Source: Vulcanimicrobiota bacterium (GTDB lineage: Bacteria; Vulcanimicrobiota; Vulcanimicrobiia; Vulcanimicrobiales; Vulcanimicrobiaceae). Taken from it: 64,000 bases of DNA. Position 1 is the first letter of the stretch. Each line of letters begins with the position of its first letter. The notes under the pieces are model-generated. The model had not been told where the DNA came from and did no database searches. It saw only the letters and a list, made by a program, of their open reading frames with translations. Below, one piece after another: positions 1-9,067 of this stretch. A program made the translations under genes and the position numbers. The stretch lies in the NCBI GenBank assembly GCA_963812155.1, contig CAWETW010000003.1, forward strand, positions 736,001 to 800,000, written 5' to 3'.

Positions 1-540
1 CACGAGTTCGTCGTGCCGCTGCGCCGCAGCATCGCGGCCGGCGGACGCGCCGCGTACGCGCCGCCGCGCGCGGCTTGCGAGCTGGCGCGCCGCTTCCGTC
101 GTTTTCCCGAGGATCGCGGCGATATCGTCGAAAGGCACGTCGAAGGTGTCGTGCAGCACGAATGCGACGCGCTCGCCCGGCGCCAGCGCGTCGAGCAGAA
201 TCGACAACGCCGTGCCGATCGAATCGGCGAGCATCGCCTCCTCCTCGGGATGTTCGCCGGGCGCGGTTGCCGCAACGTCGAGACGAGGATCTTCGGGCGT
301 CAGCTCTTCGCGCCGGCTCTTGCGGCGTTCGAGCGCATCGAGGCAGACGCGCGCGACGACGGTCGTGAGCCACGCGTCGAGGTTGATGACGCTCGCAGCG
401 TCGGCTCGGTGGATGCGCAGCCAACTCTCTTGCAATGCGTCGTCGGATTCTACAGTCGATCCCAGGATACGCATTGCGATGCGCCGCAAGCGCGGCCGGG
501 AGGTCTCAAAATGCCGCGCCAGCCGGTCCGCATCTTCCAA
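1..540 (-). CDS. ECF sigma-70 factor, SigJ/ECF41-like (3' end runs off window)
   Basis: Not in the ORF track. Manual reverse translation from TTG at 540 gives LEDADRLARHFETSRPRLRRIAMRILGSTVESDDALQESWLR...AWLTTVVARVCLD, an ECF region-2 pattern; GAGGAAG RBS upstream. Confidence 0.85.
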   Translation of the reverse strand, partial: MEDADRLARHFETSRPRLRRIAMRILGSTVESDDALQESWLRIHRADAASVINLDAWLTTVVARVCLDALERRKSRREELTPEDPRLDVAATAPGEHPEEEAMLADSIGTALSILLDALAPGERVAFVLHDTFDVPFDDIAAILGKTTEAARQLASRARRRVRGASAGRDAAAQRHDELV

Positions 541-561
541 GCAAACTTCCTCTCGCGTCTC

Positions 562-589
562 CGTCACGTTTTACCCCGCTCGACCCGTC
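562..589 (+). promoter_or_regulatory. Putative ECF41-type promoter (CGTCACG-N17-CGTC) for the VOC gene
   Basis: Near match to the ECF41 consensus TGTCACA-N16-CGTC, located between the ECF gene and the VOC gene. Confidence 0.45.
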
Positions 590-614
590 ATAAAGACGAA
601 AGGAGTTCACAATC

Positions 615-959
615 TTGAGCGACGTTTCTCTCATCGTCTACCCGGCCGCCGATATGGCGAAGGCCAAGCAGTTCTTTCGGGCGCTCGTCGGCGCCGACCC
701 CTACGCGGATACTCCTTACTACGTCGGCTACAAGAGCGGCGATATGGAAATCGGGCTCGTGCCGAACGCAGGTACGATCGAACCCAACGGGCTTGCCTAT
801 TGGACGGTGGACGATATTGCGGCAAGCGTCAAAACGCTCGTGGATGCAGGCGGCGCGATCGTGCAAGAGGTCACGGACGTGGCCAACGGGCTGCTGGTTG
901 CCTCCGTGCGAGAGCCCAACGGATCGGTCGTCGGTCTACGCCAATTTCCGAAAGGCTAA
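615..959 (+). CDS. VOC/glyoxalase family protein
   Basis: AKQFFRALVG, YWTVDDIAASV and VREPNGSVVGL motifs; AGGAG RBS at 601-605. Confidence 0.85.
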   Translation: MSDVSLIVYPAADMAKAKQFFRALVGADPYADTPYYVGYKSGDMEIGLVPNAGTIEPNGLAYWTVDDIAASVKTLVDAGGAIVQEVTDVANGLLVASVREPNGSVVGLRQFPKG

Positions 960-963
960 GCGT

Positions 964-1356
964 TCAAAGGCGGACCAGAAGTACGACGAGTCCGAAGAGG
1001 CCGAGGCATCCTATTAGGGCGGCGATCACTTCGGCCATCGAAAAACGCGACAAACCGGGATACTGAAGGCGCATCATTTTCAAAGCCTGGCGGCGCTGGA
1101 CTACCGAGCCCAGCAGCGTGATCAAACCCACCACCATCAGCATGAGCGCGAATACATGCGGTCCAAAGCGTCTCGCCGCCAACTGATGCCCCGCGCCGGT
1201 GGGAATGACGAAGAAGCTGTAAATCGCAAAGCCGAAGGAGATCAGCGACGTCGCCGTTCTCACCCAGGCGAGCATCGTTCGTTCTTCGGCTAGCCACGTA
1301 CGATCGAACGCGAGCTTCGTCGAACTATCTAACGCGGGGTTACCGGCTTCGTACAT
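964..1356 (-). CDS. DUF202/YidH family membrane protein
   Basis: RTWLAEERTMLAWVRTATSLISFGF signature; 3 TM segments. Confidence 0.85.
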   Translation of the reverse strand: MYEAGNPALDSSTKLAFDRTWLAEERTMLAWVRTATSLISFGFAIYSFFVIPTGAGHQLAARRFGPHVFALMLMVVGLITLLGSVVQRRQALKMMRLQYPGLSRFSMAEVIAALIGCLGLFGLVVLLVRL

Positions 1357-1508
1357 AAAACGGTTTTCGTGAAAAACGAGCAGCCACCCGCTTGGCGGCG
1401 CGGCCGTATGGCTCGCTTGTTCCTTCGGCGGGTAGCCGTTCGGCGTGCAGTGAACCTCGTCACGGCGGCGTTCGTTTTACCGAGCGCATCGGCTTGCAGG
1501 AGGTTCTT

Positions 1509-2525
1509 ATGCGAGGCTCTTCAGTCGTTTCGTTTTTGTTCTTCGTCGTAGCATTGCCGGCGTGCGCTGGAGGCGGGACGACGTCCCTCAGTCCGGGCCG
1601 TGCCGTCTCAATGCTCCCCGCTCGGCCGGCGGCACCCTGGGGAATGCATACGCTCTTCATCCCCGCAAATTCGTGCTGCACCTTAGCGGTGGATCAGTTA
1701 TTGAACCGCATTTACGTCAGCCGGACGGGCGATCCGGCGGGAAGTAACACGACCATCGTGGATGGTCCCACGCTCACCGTCATCAAGCTCGTTCCGAAGT
1801 TCGGCGGCGCACATAACGTCGACGCTAAGACGCGCGACGTTTGGTTTGCCGGACTCTATGCCGGAAACGCGGAGGTGTATTCGGGCCGGACCGATTCGGT
1901 CATCGCTAAGGTGAGCCTCGGCGCCTGCCCCACCGACAGTTGGGTGGATACGACGCGGCGCCAGGTGTGGATTTCCGCGCAGTGCGGCAGCGGAAGCGAT
2001 CCCGTGTGGGCGGTGAACGCGGATACGCATGCCGTCGTCGCGGGCCCGATTCGTACGGGCGGAGTCATGGGATGGACGGTCGTCAATCGGGCCACCGGGA
2101 AGTTTTACGTCAACAATACGTCCGGGAACTATGCGATCGACCCCGTGCATTTTGCTAAGAAGCGCACCTCGTTCGGTGTCGCGTATGCGGTCGACGCGCG
2201 GACGAATCTCGTCTACGCCATCGCGCAATCCGACGCGCTCAACATCGTCGACGGGCGTAACGACAAAGTCGTTCAAAACGTGCCGCTCTCGTACGCCGCC
2301 GCTGTGGTCGCAGTAAACCAGGAGCGCAATCACGTGTATTTGGCGGGAGGAGAGAACTTTATCGAAGTGCGCGATGCAACGACCGGCGCGCTGGTTAAGA
2401 CGATCTCGATGCAGGCGAGCGACTCGGTCGTGTCGCTGGCGGCCGACGCAAAACGGGCCCGCATTTACGCCGGCGTCGCCTCGGGCGGCAACGACTACCT
2501 CTACGAGCTTCACGACGACTATTAA
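1509..2525 (+). CDS. YncE-like beta-propeller, probable lipoprotein
   Basis: Signal peptide with LPAC lipobox-like Cys; repeated AVD...N.IY motifs; GGAGG RBS before ATG 1509. Confidence 0.75.
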   Translation: MRGSSVVSFLFFVVALPACAGGGTTSLSPGRAVSMLPARPAAPWGMHTLFIPANSCCTLAVDQLLNRIYVSRTGDPAGSNTTIVDGPTLTVIKLVPKFGGAHNVDAKTRDVWFAGLYAGNAEVYSGRTDSVIAKVSLGACPTDSWVDTTRRQVWISAQCGSGSDPVWAVNADTHAVVAGPIRTGGVMGWTVVNRATGKFYVNNTSGNYAIDPVHFAKKRTSFGVAYAVDARTNLVYAIAQSDALNIVDGRNDKVVQNVPLSYAAAVVAVNQERNHVYLAGGENFIEVRDATTGALVKTISMQASDSVVSLAADAKRARIYAGVASGGNDYLYELHDDY

Positions 2526-2594
2526 CGGCGCTTTTTAATCGCGCTTTCATCGGACGTTGCAGCATCGCGCCTTCCGAGCGCGAAGCGCGCAGTC

Positions 2595-3023
2595 ATGATC
2601 AATCGCACGATTTCCGCGATCGCCTTCGTCGTTTTGGCGTTCGCCGCAACAGGTCCGAGTTACGCCCAAGTACAGCCGGTGCCGCAACCGATTCCGGGAC
2701 AGCCGATGCAGGGCCAACCAATCCAAGCACCGCCGCAAGGTTACCAGCAAGGGTGCCCGCCGCGGGTTACCCCCTCCGCGCAAATGCTCGACGAGCGTTA
2801 CATGCGGCGTTTTTCGCCGCTCGGCCTCATGCCCGGCCAGCAGCAGCGCATTCAATCGCTCATCGAGGGATTCTCGCGCATGCATCCGGCCGGCAGTCCG
2901 CTGGACCCCACGGCAATGCGGCAACTGCACGACGAAGTGCGCGGCGTGTTGACCCCCCAGCAGCTGTCGATGCTGGAACAGGAACATCACGGCGGGCACG
3001 GCGGCATGCGCCAGTGCCACTAG
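2595..3023 (+). CDS. Secreted Spy/CpxP-like (LTxxQ) protein with Q/P-rich N-terminus
   Basis: Signal peptide, QP repeats, VRGVLTPQQ motif. Confidence 0.55.
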   Translation: MINRTISAIAFVVLAFAATGPSYAQVQPVPQPIPGQPMQGQPIQAPPQGYQQGCPPRVTPSAQMLDERYMRRFSPLGLMPGQQQRIQSLIEGFSRMHPAGSPLDPTAMRQLHDEVRGVLTPQQLSMLEQEHHGGHGGMRQCH

Positions 3024-3085
3024 GCTGAACCCGGCGGCGTAGCGAACGCGCGGCTCCCAACGGACGGATTCTCAAGAGGGAGTGC

Positions 3086-3835
3086 ATGGAGAGCCGGGAC
3101 AGCGCTTTGAACCGCGCGCATTGGGATCTGACGAGCGACGAATACCAATCGGCGCATGGTATGCAACTGGCCAAGAGTCCGCTGGCCTGGGGCGTGTGGT
3201 CGATTGCGGAGGACGAACTGCGCGTGCTCGGAGACGTTTGGGAGAAAGAGATTCTCGAACTGGGATGCGGGGGAGCGCAGTGGTCTATCGCGTTGACGAA
3301 GCGCGGAGCGAACTGCGTCGGTCTCGACAACTCCGAACGCCAATTGGAATACGCGCGAAAGAATCAGCGTGAAGCGGGAGTCGAGTTTCCACTGGTTCAC
3401 GGTTCGGCCGAGAACGTACCGCTTCCAGACGACTCGTTCGACATCGTGTTTTGCGATCACGGCGCAATGTCGTTTGCCGACCCGCTGCGGACGGTCCCCG
3501 AAGCGGCTCGACTTCTACGCTCGGGCGGTCTGCTGGCTTTTTCAGCCGAGACGCCGATTCATTTCATCTGCTGGGACGACGCAAAAGATGCCGTCGGAAC
3601 CACGCTTGCATCGAACTATTTCGAACGGAAGCGCGCCGACGACGGGTCGGGCGTGTGTTTTTCGCTTCCTTACGGCGAATGGATCGCGCTCTTCCGAAAG
3701 AGCGGATTCTTCATCGAATCGTTGATTGAACTTCGGCCGCCGCCCGGCGCCACCACGACGTATAACCAGTTCGCGAGCTTCGACTGGGCCTCTGCCTGGC
3801 CGGCCGAGCAAATTTGGCGCGTCAGACGCCTGTAA
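3086..3835 (+). CDS. Class I SAM-dependent methyltransferase
   Basis: ILELGCGGAQWS, SFDIVFCDHGA, RLLRSGG motifs. Confidence 0.9.
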   Translation: MESRDSALNRAHWDLTSDEYQSAHGMQLAKSPLAWGVWSIAEDELRVLGDVWEKEILELGCGGAQWSIALTKRGANCVGLDNSERQLEYARKNQREAGVEFPLVHGSAENVPLPDDSFDIVFCDHGAMSFADPLRTVPEAARLLRSGGLLAFSAETPIHFICWDDAKDAVGTTLASNYFERKRADDGSGVCFSLPYGEWIALFRKSGFFIESLIELRPPPGATTTYNQFASFDWASAWPAEQIWRVRRL

Positions 3836-3848
3836 GGTTTCGGCTTCG

Positions 3849-4388
3849 TCAGAAGGGTAGCGGCGAACCGGCATCGCGGGCGAAGAAAATGACCGGCTGA
3901 TCGTTGTAGGCGCCTCGATCGAAGGCTTGGTATCCACACTTTGCAAGAACGCGCAACGAGGCGGGATTCTGGGGGCTCGCAAGAGCGACCGTGCGCGCGG
4001 AACGCAGGTTGGCGTCGGCCCAGCTCAACACCGCGCGCACGCATTCCGTGGCGTAGCCTTTTCCGTGAACTCGCGACACGAGGGCGAATCCGAGTTCGGG
4101 AACGTCGCCTGCCGAGGCGGGAACGTCGCGCTTGAAGTCGGCGAGACCCGCCTCGCCGACGAAGCCGTTCGAGCTTTTTTCTTCAATCGCCCAATAGCCG
4201 AAGCCCGCAAGCGCCCAATGCCCGACATACGACAGCAGACGGATCCAGGTTTGCTGTTCGGTCGACGTCCGCCCGGTGATGAATTTCGTGATGTTCGGGT
4301 CGGACCACATGGCCGCGCACGCGGGCAGATCGGCGCTGCGATGGCCGCGTAAACGCAGCCGCGGCGTTTCGAGGACCGGAATCGGCAC
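3849..4388 (-). CDS. GNAT (RimJ/RimL) N-acetyltransferase
   Basis: LETPRLRLR, HGKGYATE, NPASLRVLAKCG motifs. Confidence 0.9.
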   Translation of the reverse strand: MPIPVLETPRLRLRGHRSADLPACAAMWSDPNITKFITGRTSTEQQTWIRLLSYVGHWALAGFGYWAIEEKSSNGFVGEAGLADFKRDVPASAGDVPELGFALVSRVHGKGYATECVRAVLSWADANLRSARTVALASPQNPASLRVLAKCGYQAFDRGAYNDQPVIFFARDAGSPLPF

Positions 4389-4471
4389 GGCGCGCGCTTT
4401 TGGCAGAGAGGCACCGGCCGCCTGCGGCGAAGGCGGAAAGAAGCCGTTGCCGCGACGATGAAGGGGGCAAC

Positions 4472-5140
4472 ATGCGCGACCCTGCCGCCGCTTTCGGCGA
4501 ACGTCGCGAATCGAGGCTCTACGCGGCCATCGCGATTTTCGCAGTGCCGTTCATTCTAGCGTTCCTGCCGGGGCGCTATCAGATCATGCCGCGGTTCGTG
4601 ATGTTCGTCGCTGCGGGCGCGCTAGCGATTCCGATGCTCGGCGCGCAGTACGCGCGCGACAATGCGGCGTGGATGCGTTGGGAACGCTATTGTGCCGCCG
4701 TCGTCCTGCCGTTGGCGATAGCGCTCGAATTCGTGCTCCTCGCGCTGCTCTTGCGCGACATGGCCACGGCCCACCCACATTTGACCGGTTTAACGCTCCT
4801 CACGACGTCGATTTGGATATGGACGACGAACGTCTTGATTTTCGCGCTGTTCTACTGGCACCTCGATCGGGGCGGCCCCAGCAAACGCCCCACGGGCTGG
4901 CGGGGAAGGGCGGACTTCACGTTTCCCCGAGGCGATCCCGAAGACGGCGTCCCGGCAGATTGGCATCCCGTATTCGCCGATTATCTCGCGCTTGCGTTCA
5001 ACACGTCGGCTGCCTTCACTCCGACCGACGTGCTGCCGCTGACGCCGCGAGCAAAAATGCTGATGATCGCGCAGGGTATCGTTGCGCTGATAACCGTCAT
5101 CGCCGTCGGTGCCAGGGCGATCAATATTCTCGGAAGTTAA
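4472..5140 (+). CDS. DUF1345-like membrane protein
   Basis: Multiple TMs; WHPVFADYL.LAF.TS.AFTPTD.LPLT motif. Confidence 0.7.
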   Translation: MRDPAAAFGERRESRLYAAIAIFAVPFILAFLPGRYQIMPRFVMFVAAGALAIPMLGAQYARDNAAWMRWERYCAAVVLPLAIALEFVLLALLLRDMATAHPHLTGLTLLTTSIWIWTTNVLIFALFYWHLDRGGPSKRPTGWRGRADFTFPRGDPEDGVPADWHPVFADYLALAFNTSAAFTPTDVLPLTPRAKMLMIAQGIVALITVIAVGARAINILGS

Positions 5141-5156
5141 AAAGCCCGCGCGCCGG

Positions 5157-5441
5157 TCACCCGTACTTTCCAATGAGGCGCTGCGCGTACCATGCCGGCC
5201 ACGGATCCGCGGGCGATTTCGACGAATACTCCGCGTCCAGTTCGACTAAATCCCGCGTGAGATGACTGCGAACCGGGCGACGACCGAGCAAACTCGCAAG
5301 ATCCGAATGGGCGAGCAGCCAGTCCGAGTAGAACGTTGCCCAATCGTCGTCGCTGCCGTCGGTGTCGGCGAAGACTTGATGGTGCACTTCGCCGGCTTGA
5401 TGCAAAAGGTTCGCGATCTGCACGGAATTGTCGTCGCCCAT
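5157..5441 (-). CDS. Hypothetical protein (94 aa)
   Basis: AGGAG RBS; follows the GloVer gene; paired DWATFY/WPAWY motifs. Confidence 0.65.
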   Translation of the reverse strand: MGDDNSVQIANLLHQAGEVHHQVFADTDGSDDDWATFYSDWLLAHSDLASLLGRRPVRSHLTRDLVELDAEYSSKSPADPWPAWYAQRLIGKYG

Positions 5442-5457
5442 CGCTGCGCGTGCTCCT

Positions 5458-6726
5458 TTACGGGGTGAACTCGAAAACGGTCCCTTGATTTTGGGTCCCT
5501 CCAGCGACCGTCGTGCCGTAAAAGTTGCCGCTCGAGTCGACCATCATGCCGTAATAGGGATACGCACCGTCGCCGGCGCCGCCGAACGAGTGTAAGACCG
5601 CTTCGGCGCCCGTTTTTGCGTCGACTTTGAAAATCGTGCCGCAGTCGCAACTTCCTCCGCCCGATGACGTCGTTCCGAAGAGCGTGGTGGAGTTTCCGAA
5701 GGCCAGCGTGCTGGTCGAGTAACTTCCGTCGGCACCTCCTTTAAAGCTATGCAGTACGCGTTCGCGGTAGCTGCCGTTTGGATTGCGCACGAGTTTGAAG
5801 ATCGCGCCGAACCCGTTTGCGCCGCCGTAATACGTCGTGCCGTAGAGATTACCTGACGAATCGGCGACCAGGCCCCCGTAGGGAGATCCGGCGTCGGGAG
5901 TGCCTTTGAACGAGTAGAGCGTCGTAAGCTTCCATTGTCCGCCCGACGGTTGGATTCTAAAGACGGTTCCGTTCCCGCGCTTTCCGCCGAGCTCGGTGAC
6001 GCCGAAGAATGCGGGCGACTCGTACAACAGCCGGCCGAGCGAGCCGATGGCGCCGTCGCTTCCGCCGGTGAATGCGTGGATCACACGTTGGTGCCAGCGC
6101 GTGCCGTTGCGCGCCAGCTTGTAGACGACGCCTTCCGAGAATGCGCCGCCGTCAGGAGCCGTGCCGTAGAGGTGACCGGCGGAATCGGGCGTTAGACCGC
6201 CGCCGGGCCCGAATCCGTCGTTGCCGCCGGTAAAACTGTACAGCACGTTGAGACGCGCCGGCGTCAACGCAAAGGCTACTCCGCAGCCGTCGCCGGTGCA
6301 GTAGCCGCCGGTGCCGCCGGCCACCGTCGTCCCCACGAACGTGCCTCGCTGGAACGTCACGCCGCCGTGCGGATTTTTTCCGTCACCGTAGCAACTGAAG
6401 CTGTACGCGACGGTTTCTTTCCACGTCGAGCCCGAACCGGGCGCCAGTTCGAAAACGGTGCCGCAGTTCGCGCCGCCGCCGACCACCGTCGTGCCGTAGA
6501 GATCGCCCGTGCGGTCAAAGGTCAGCTCGCTGGCCGCGTTGCCGCCGTCGGTGCCTCCGGTGAAACTGTAGAGGACGTGCTCGTTGCCGCTTGCGGCCCG
6601 CACGGACTGCGTCGCCGGGACCAGGCCTCCGGGTCCTGACGCTCCGCCATGCGACGCACAGCCGCTCAGGAGTGCGACCGCGGCGCAGATGCTCGGCAAA
6701 CGGTGATCGACGCGCAAGACGCTCAT
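5458..6726 (-). CDS. Choice-of-anchor GloVer-type tandem repeat lipoprotein
   Basis: LSGC lipobox; about 7 repeats of LYSF.G..DG..P...L......LYGTT..GG...G.VF. Confidence 0.85.
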   Translation of the reverse strand: MSVLRVDHRLPSICAAVALLSGCASHGGASGPGGLVPATQSVRAASGNEHVLYSFTGGTDGGNAASELTFDRTGDLYGTTVVGGGANCGTVFELAPGSGSTWKETVAYSFSCYGDGKNPHGGVTFQRGTFVGTTVAGGTGGYCTGDGCGVAFALTPARLNVLYSFTGGNDGFGPGGGLTPDSAGHLYGTAPDGGAFSEGVVYKLARNGTRWHQRVIHAFTGGSDGAIGSLGRLLYESPAFFGVTELGGKRGNGTVFRIQPSGGQWKLTTLYSFKGTPDAGSPYGGLVADSSGNLYGTTYYGGANGFGAIFKLVRNPNGSYRERVLHSFKGGADGSYSTSTLAFGNSTTLFGTTSSGGGSCDCGTIFKVDAKTGAEAVLHSFGGAGDGAYPYYGMMVDSSGNFYGTTVAGGTQNQGTVFEFTP

Positions 6727-6849
6727 TCTGTGCTCCTCCAGAATTATTTACGAAGGGAATCGTCGCCTATGAGGCGGCCCTTTCGCGCGGCGGGGGCGCT
6801 ATGCCCGCTTCGCGAGGTCGAAGCGCCCGCGCAGCGAATCCCGTGCGTC

Positions 6850-7221
6850 GTGCGGCTTCTTCTGAGTTGGATCCTCAACGCCATATCGCTCGCGATTCTC
6901 GTGTACTTTATCGCGCCGTTCTTCCACATCGGCGTGAGCGCGCACAACATCGGCACGCTCGTCATCGCGGCGCTCGTCTTCGGTATCGTCAACGCGATCG
7001 TGCGACCGATTTTGATGCTGCTTTCAGTTCCACTTATCGTCGTGACGCTGGGGCTCTTCCTGTTCGTCGTCAACGCGCTGTTGCTGTGGCTCGTCGGCGC
7101 GATCGTTCCGGGTTTTCACGTCGAAGGCTTCTGGGCAGCCTTCTGGGGCGCAATTTGGCTCGGCATCATTTCCTGGATCGTCAACGCCATCGGCGGCATC
7201 GCAGAACCCCGGGAAGGCTAA
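6850..7221 (+). CDS. YvlD-like (phage holin family 4) membrane protein
   Basis: GIVNAIVRPIL...TLGLFLFVVNA...PGF.V.GFWAA signature. Confidence 0.85.
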   Translation: MRLLLSWILNAISLAILVYFIAPFFHIGVSAHNIGTLVIAALVFGIVNAIVRPILMLLSVPLIVVTLGLFLFVVNALLLWLVGAIVPGFHVEGFWAAFWGAIWLGIISWIVNAIGGIAEPREG

Positions 7222-7277
7222 CGGCGTAAGAGACGGTCGTTTCCCCGACCGTGCCGCGCCCATTTTTCTCTCTCGGT

Positions 7278-7937
7278 CTAGGGCCGGATCGGAAACTCGT
7301 ACTGCGAGTCGTATTCGCCTTGTAGGACGGTCGATTGCAGGTCGTATCCGCCGAGTCTGCCGCGCACGATTCGAATCGGTAACTTTGCCGGGATGTTCGT
7401 CTTGACGACGTAGTCTTTGCGCGCGACGAGCACCACCGGGTACGTGCCGGCGGGGAGGGCGACGAGAAAATCCTCATCGCCGGCGCTGTGCGGCGGAACG
7501 ACGAAGTCGGTGTTGCTCCCGCCGACGGCACTCGCGCGCAACTTTGCCGTCGAGTAGAGCAGCTTCACGGGACGCCGCGGGACGTCGGCGGTGAATACCA
7601 CGCGAGTCGGGGTCTCTACACGCGCTTGCCGCGCCGAGCTCTCGACGCGCTCGCCGTAAACGCTCAGCGCTTCGGCCGCGAGATCGATCGCGACGTTCCC
7701 CGTATTCTCGACGCGTTTGTGAATCGTGAGAAAGGTGACGCCGTGCACCGTCGGGCTTTGGTCGACCGTCGTCGGAACGGAGAACGACGGTGCTTCGCCG
7801 AGCGGCTTGATGCGTTGTTCGTAGACGAAAGTGTAGAGCGCCCAGATCCCGGCCGCCACGATCGCGACGACCTCGACGCCCGTCCGAAGATTTTCGCTCC
7901 ACGTCGGCACCGAGTGTACGCGTAAGTCGCGCGGCAT
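7278..7937 (-). CDS. Hypothetical membrane-anchored protein
   Basis: N-terminal TM (AIVAAGIWALYTF) followed by a beta-rich domain; start uncertain. Confidence 0.6.
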   Translation of the reverse strand: MPRDLRVHSVPTWSENLRTGVEVVAIVAAGIWALYTFVYEQRIKPLGEAPSFSVPTTVDQSPTVHGVTFLTIHKRVENTGNVAIDLAAEALSVYGERVESSARQARVETPTRVVFTADVPRRPVKLLYSTAKLRASAVGGSNTDFVVPPHSAGDEDFLVALPAGTYPVVLVARKDYVVKTNIPAKLPIRIVRGRLGGYDLQSTVLQGEYDSQYEFPIRP

Positions 7938-8016
7938 AAGCGAACTTACATACTCCCGCGGAAAGCGAAAACCCGCCAAGGGCGGGCTTTGCTGCTCGTG
8001 TTGCGCTTGCAGGTAG

Positions 8017-8970
8017 CTAGACGCCGGCGAAATCGTACGCATAGGGCGTTTGAAGCGTCCCGAGCGCTCCGTAGTCGGGGGTGGCGACCGGACCCGGCGT
8101 CGGACCCGGCCAGGGATCGACCGGAATCGGTCCCGGCGACGGTCCGATTTCGCCCGACCCTTGGGGACCGCGCACGAGCGCCCCGCCGAGGTCGACGTCG
8201 TGCGCCGTCACGTCGACGTTGACGCCCTGTCCTTGCGCCGCGAGCGTCGTTTCGATGCGGCCGCCGTAACCGTTGCGCGCATCTACGACGAGCGAGCCGT
8301 CTTGACTTTCCGTGACGCTCGTACCGTTGCCGAGCCGAACGGTTTGTCCCGCGGAGATCGCGACATTGCGACCGTACTCGTCGATCGATGCTTGACCCTG
8401 GTTGTTCATCGAGATCGTCGTCTGTCCGTTGTCGAGCGAGACTGTGGCGGATTGATTTTTCGTGACGCCCCGCGCATTCGGCGACGTAACTTGCGTCGAA
8501 ATCCGAAAGCCCCCTTGAAACGAGTTCGAATTCAGTAAATCCGGATGCGACGTCATGCTGTTCCATTTCTGTCCGTTAAAGGACAGATGCGGGTCGCCTT
8601 CGCTGGCGCCATCGGCATTTTGGAAGAAACTCTCGTTGCCGTAGGGCGTGGGCGAACCGCTGCCGCCGTAGGGCGGACAGTAACCGCCGCCTCCATACGG
8701 ATTGCAGCCTTGACCGTACGAGCCGCCCATCAGCTGCTGCAACATCTGCACGAGTTGTTGCAGCAAGCCGGGCAGCGGACCGAACAGTGCGGTCTGCGCG
8801 GGATTGGACACCGTGCTAGCGAGCCACGGCGGCACCATGCGCGAAATGGCGTCGCCGGATAGCGTCCCGCGTGCGCCGGCCTGCGAGAGCGATCCACTGG
8901 AATCGCCGATGCCGGCGAAGGCCGAAAGTGGACTGGGGCCGAGTTGCCCGTCGAGCGGCTGTATGGACAT
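8017..8970 (-). CDS. Hypothetical Gly/Gln-rich protein with GDPH motif
   Basis: GGAGG RBS before MSIQP; LLQQLVQMLQQLM helix; GDPH followed by a beta-rich domain. Confidence 0.65.
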   Translation of the reverse strand: MSIQPLDGQLGPSPLSAFAGIGDSSGSLSQAGARGTLSGDAISRMVPPWLASTVSNPAQTALFGPLPGLLQQLVQMLQQLMGGSYGQGCNPYGGGGYCPPYGGSGSPTPYGNESFFQNADGASEGDPHLSFNGQKWNSMTSHPDLLNSNSFQGGFRISTQVTSPNARGVTKNQSATVSLDNGQTTISMNNQGQASIDEYGRNVAISAGQTVRLGNGTSVTESQDGSLVVDARNGYGGRIETTLAAQGQGVNVDVTAHDVDLGGALVRGPQGSGEIGPSPGPIPVDPWPGPTPGPVATPDYGALGTLQTPYAYDFAGV

Positions 8971-9067
8971 CGCGATGAACCTCCGTCGTAGTGGTTGACC
9001 GACGTTCACGACGGCGACGCGTTGCGACAAGGGGCAAACTGCGGCTCTTCAGAAGCGCGTTTCCGCC

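Noticed and set aside
13..618. 201-aa plus-strand ORF
   Set aside because: Antisense shadow of the minus-strand ECF sigma gene
1357..1508. Possible riboswitch in the 150-bp intergenic region
   Set aside because: Only short GC stems, with no recognisable aptamer or terminator
6850..7221. Holin-family gene as a sign of prophage
   Set aside because: YvlD-like proteins are common chromosomal genes, and no phage genes are nearby
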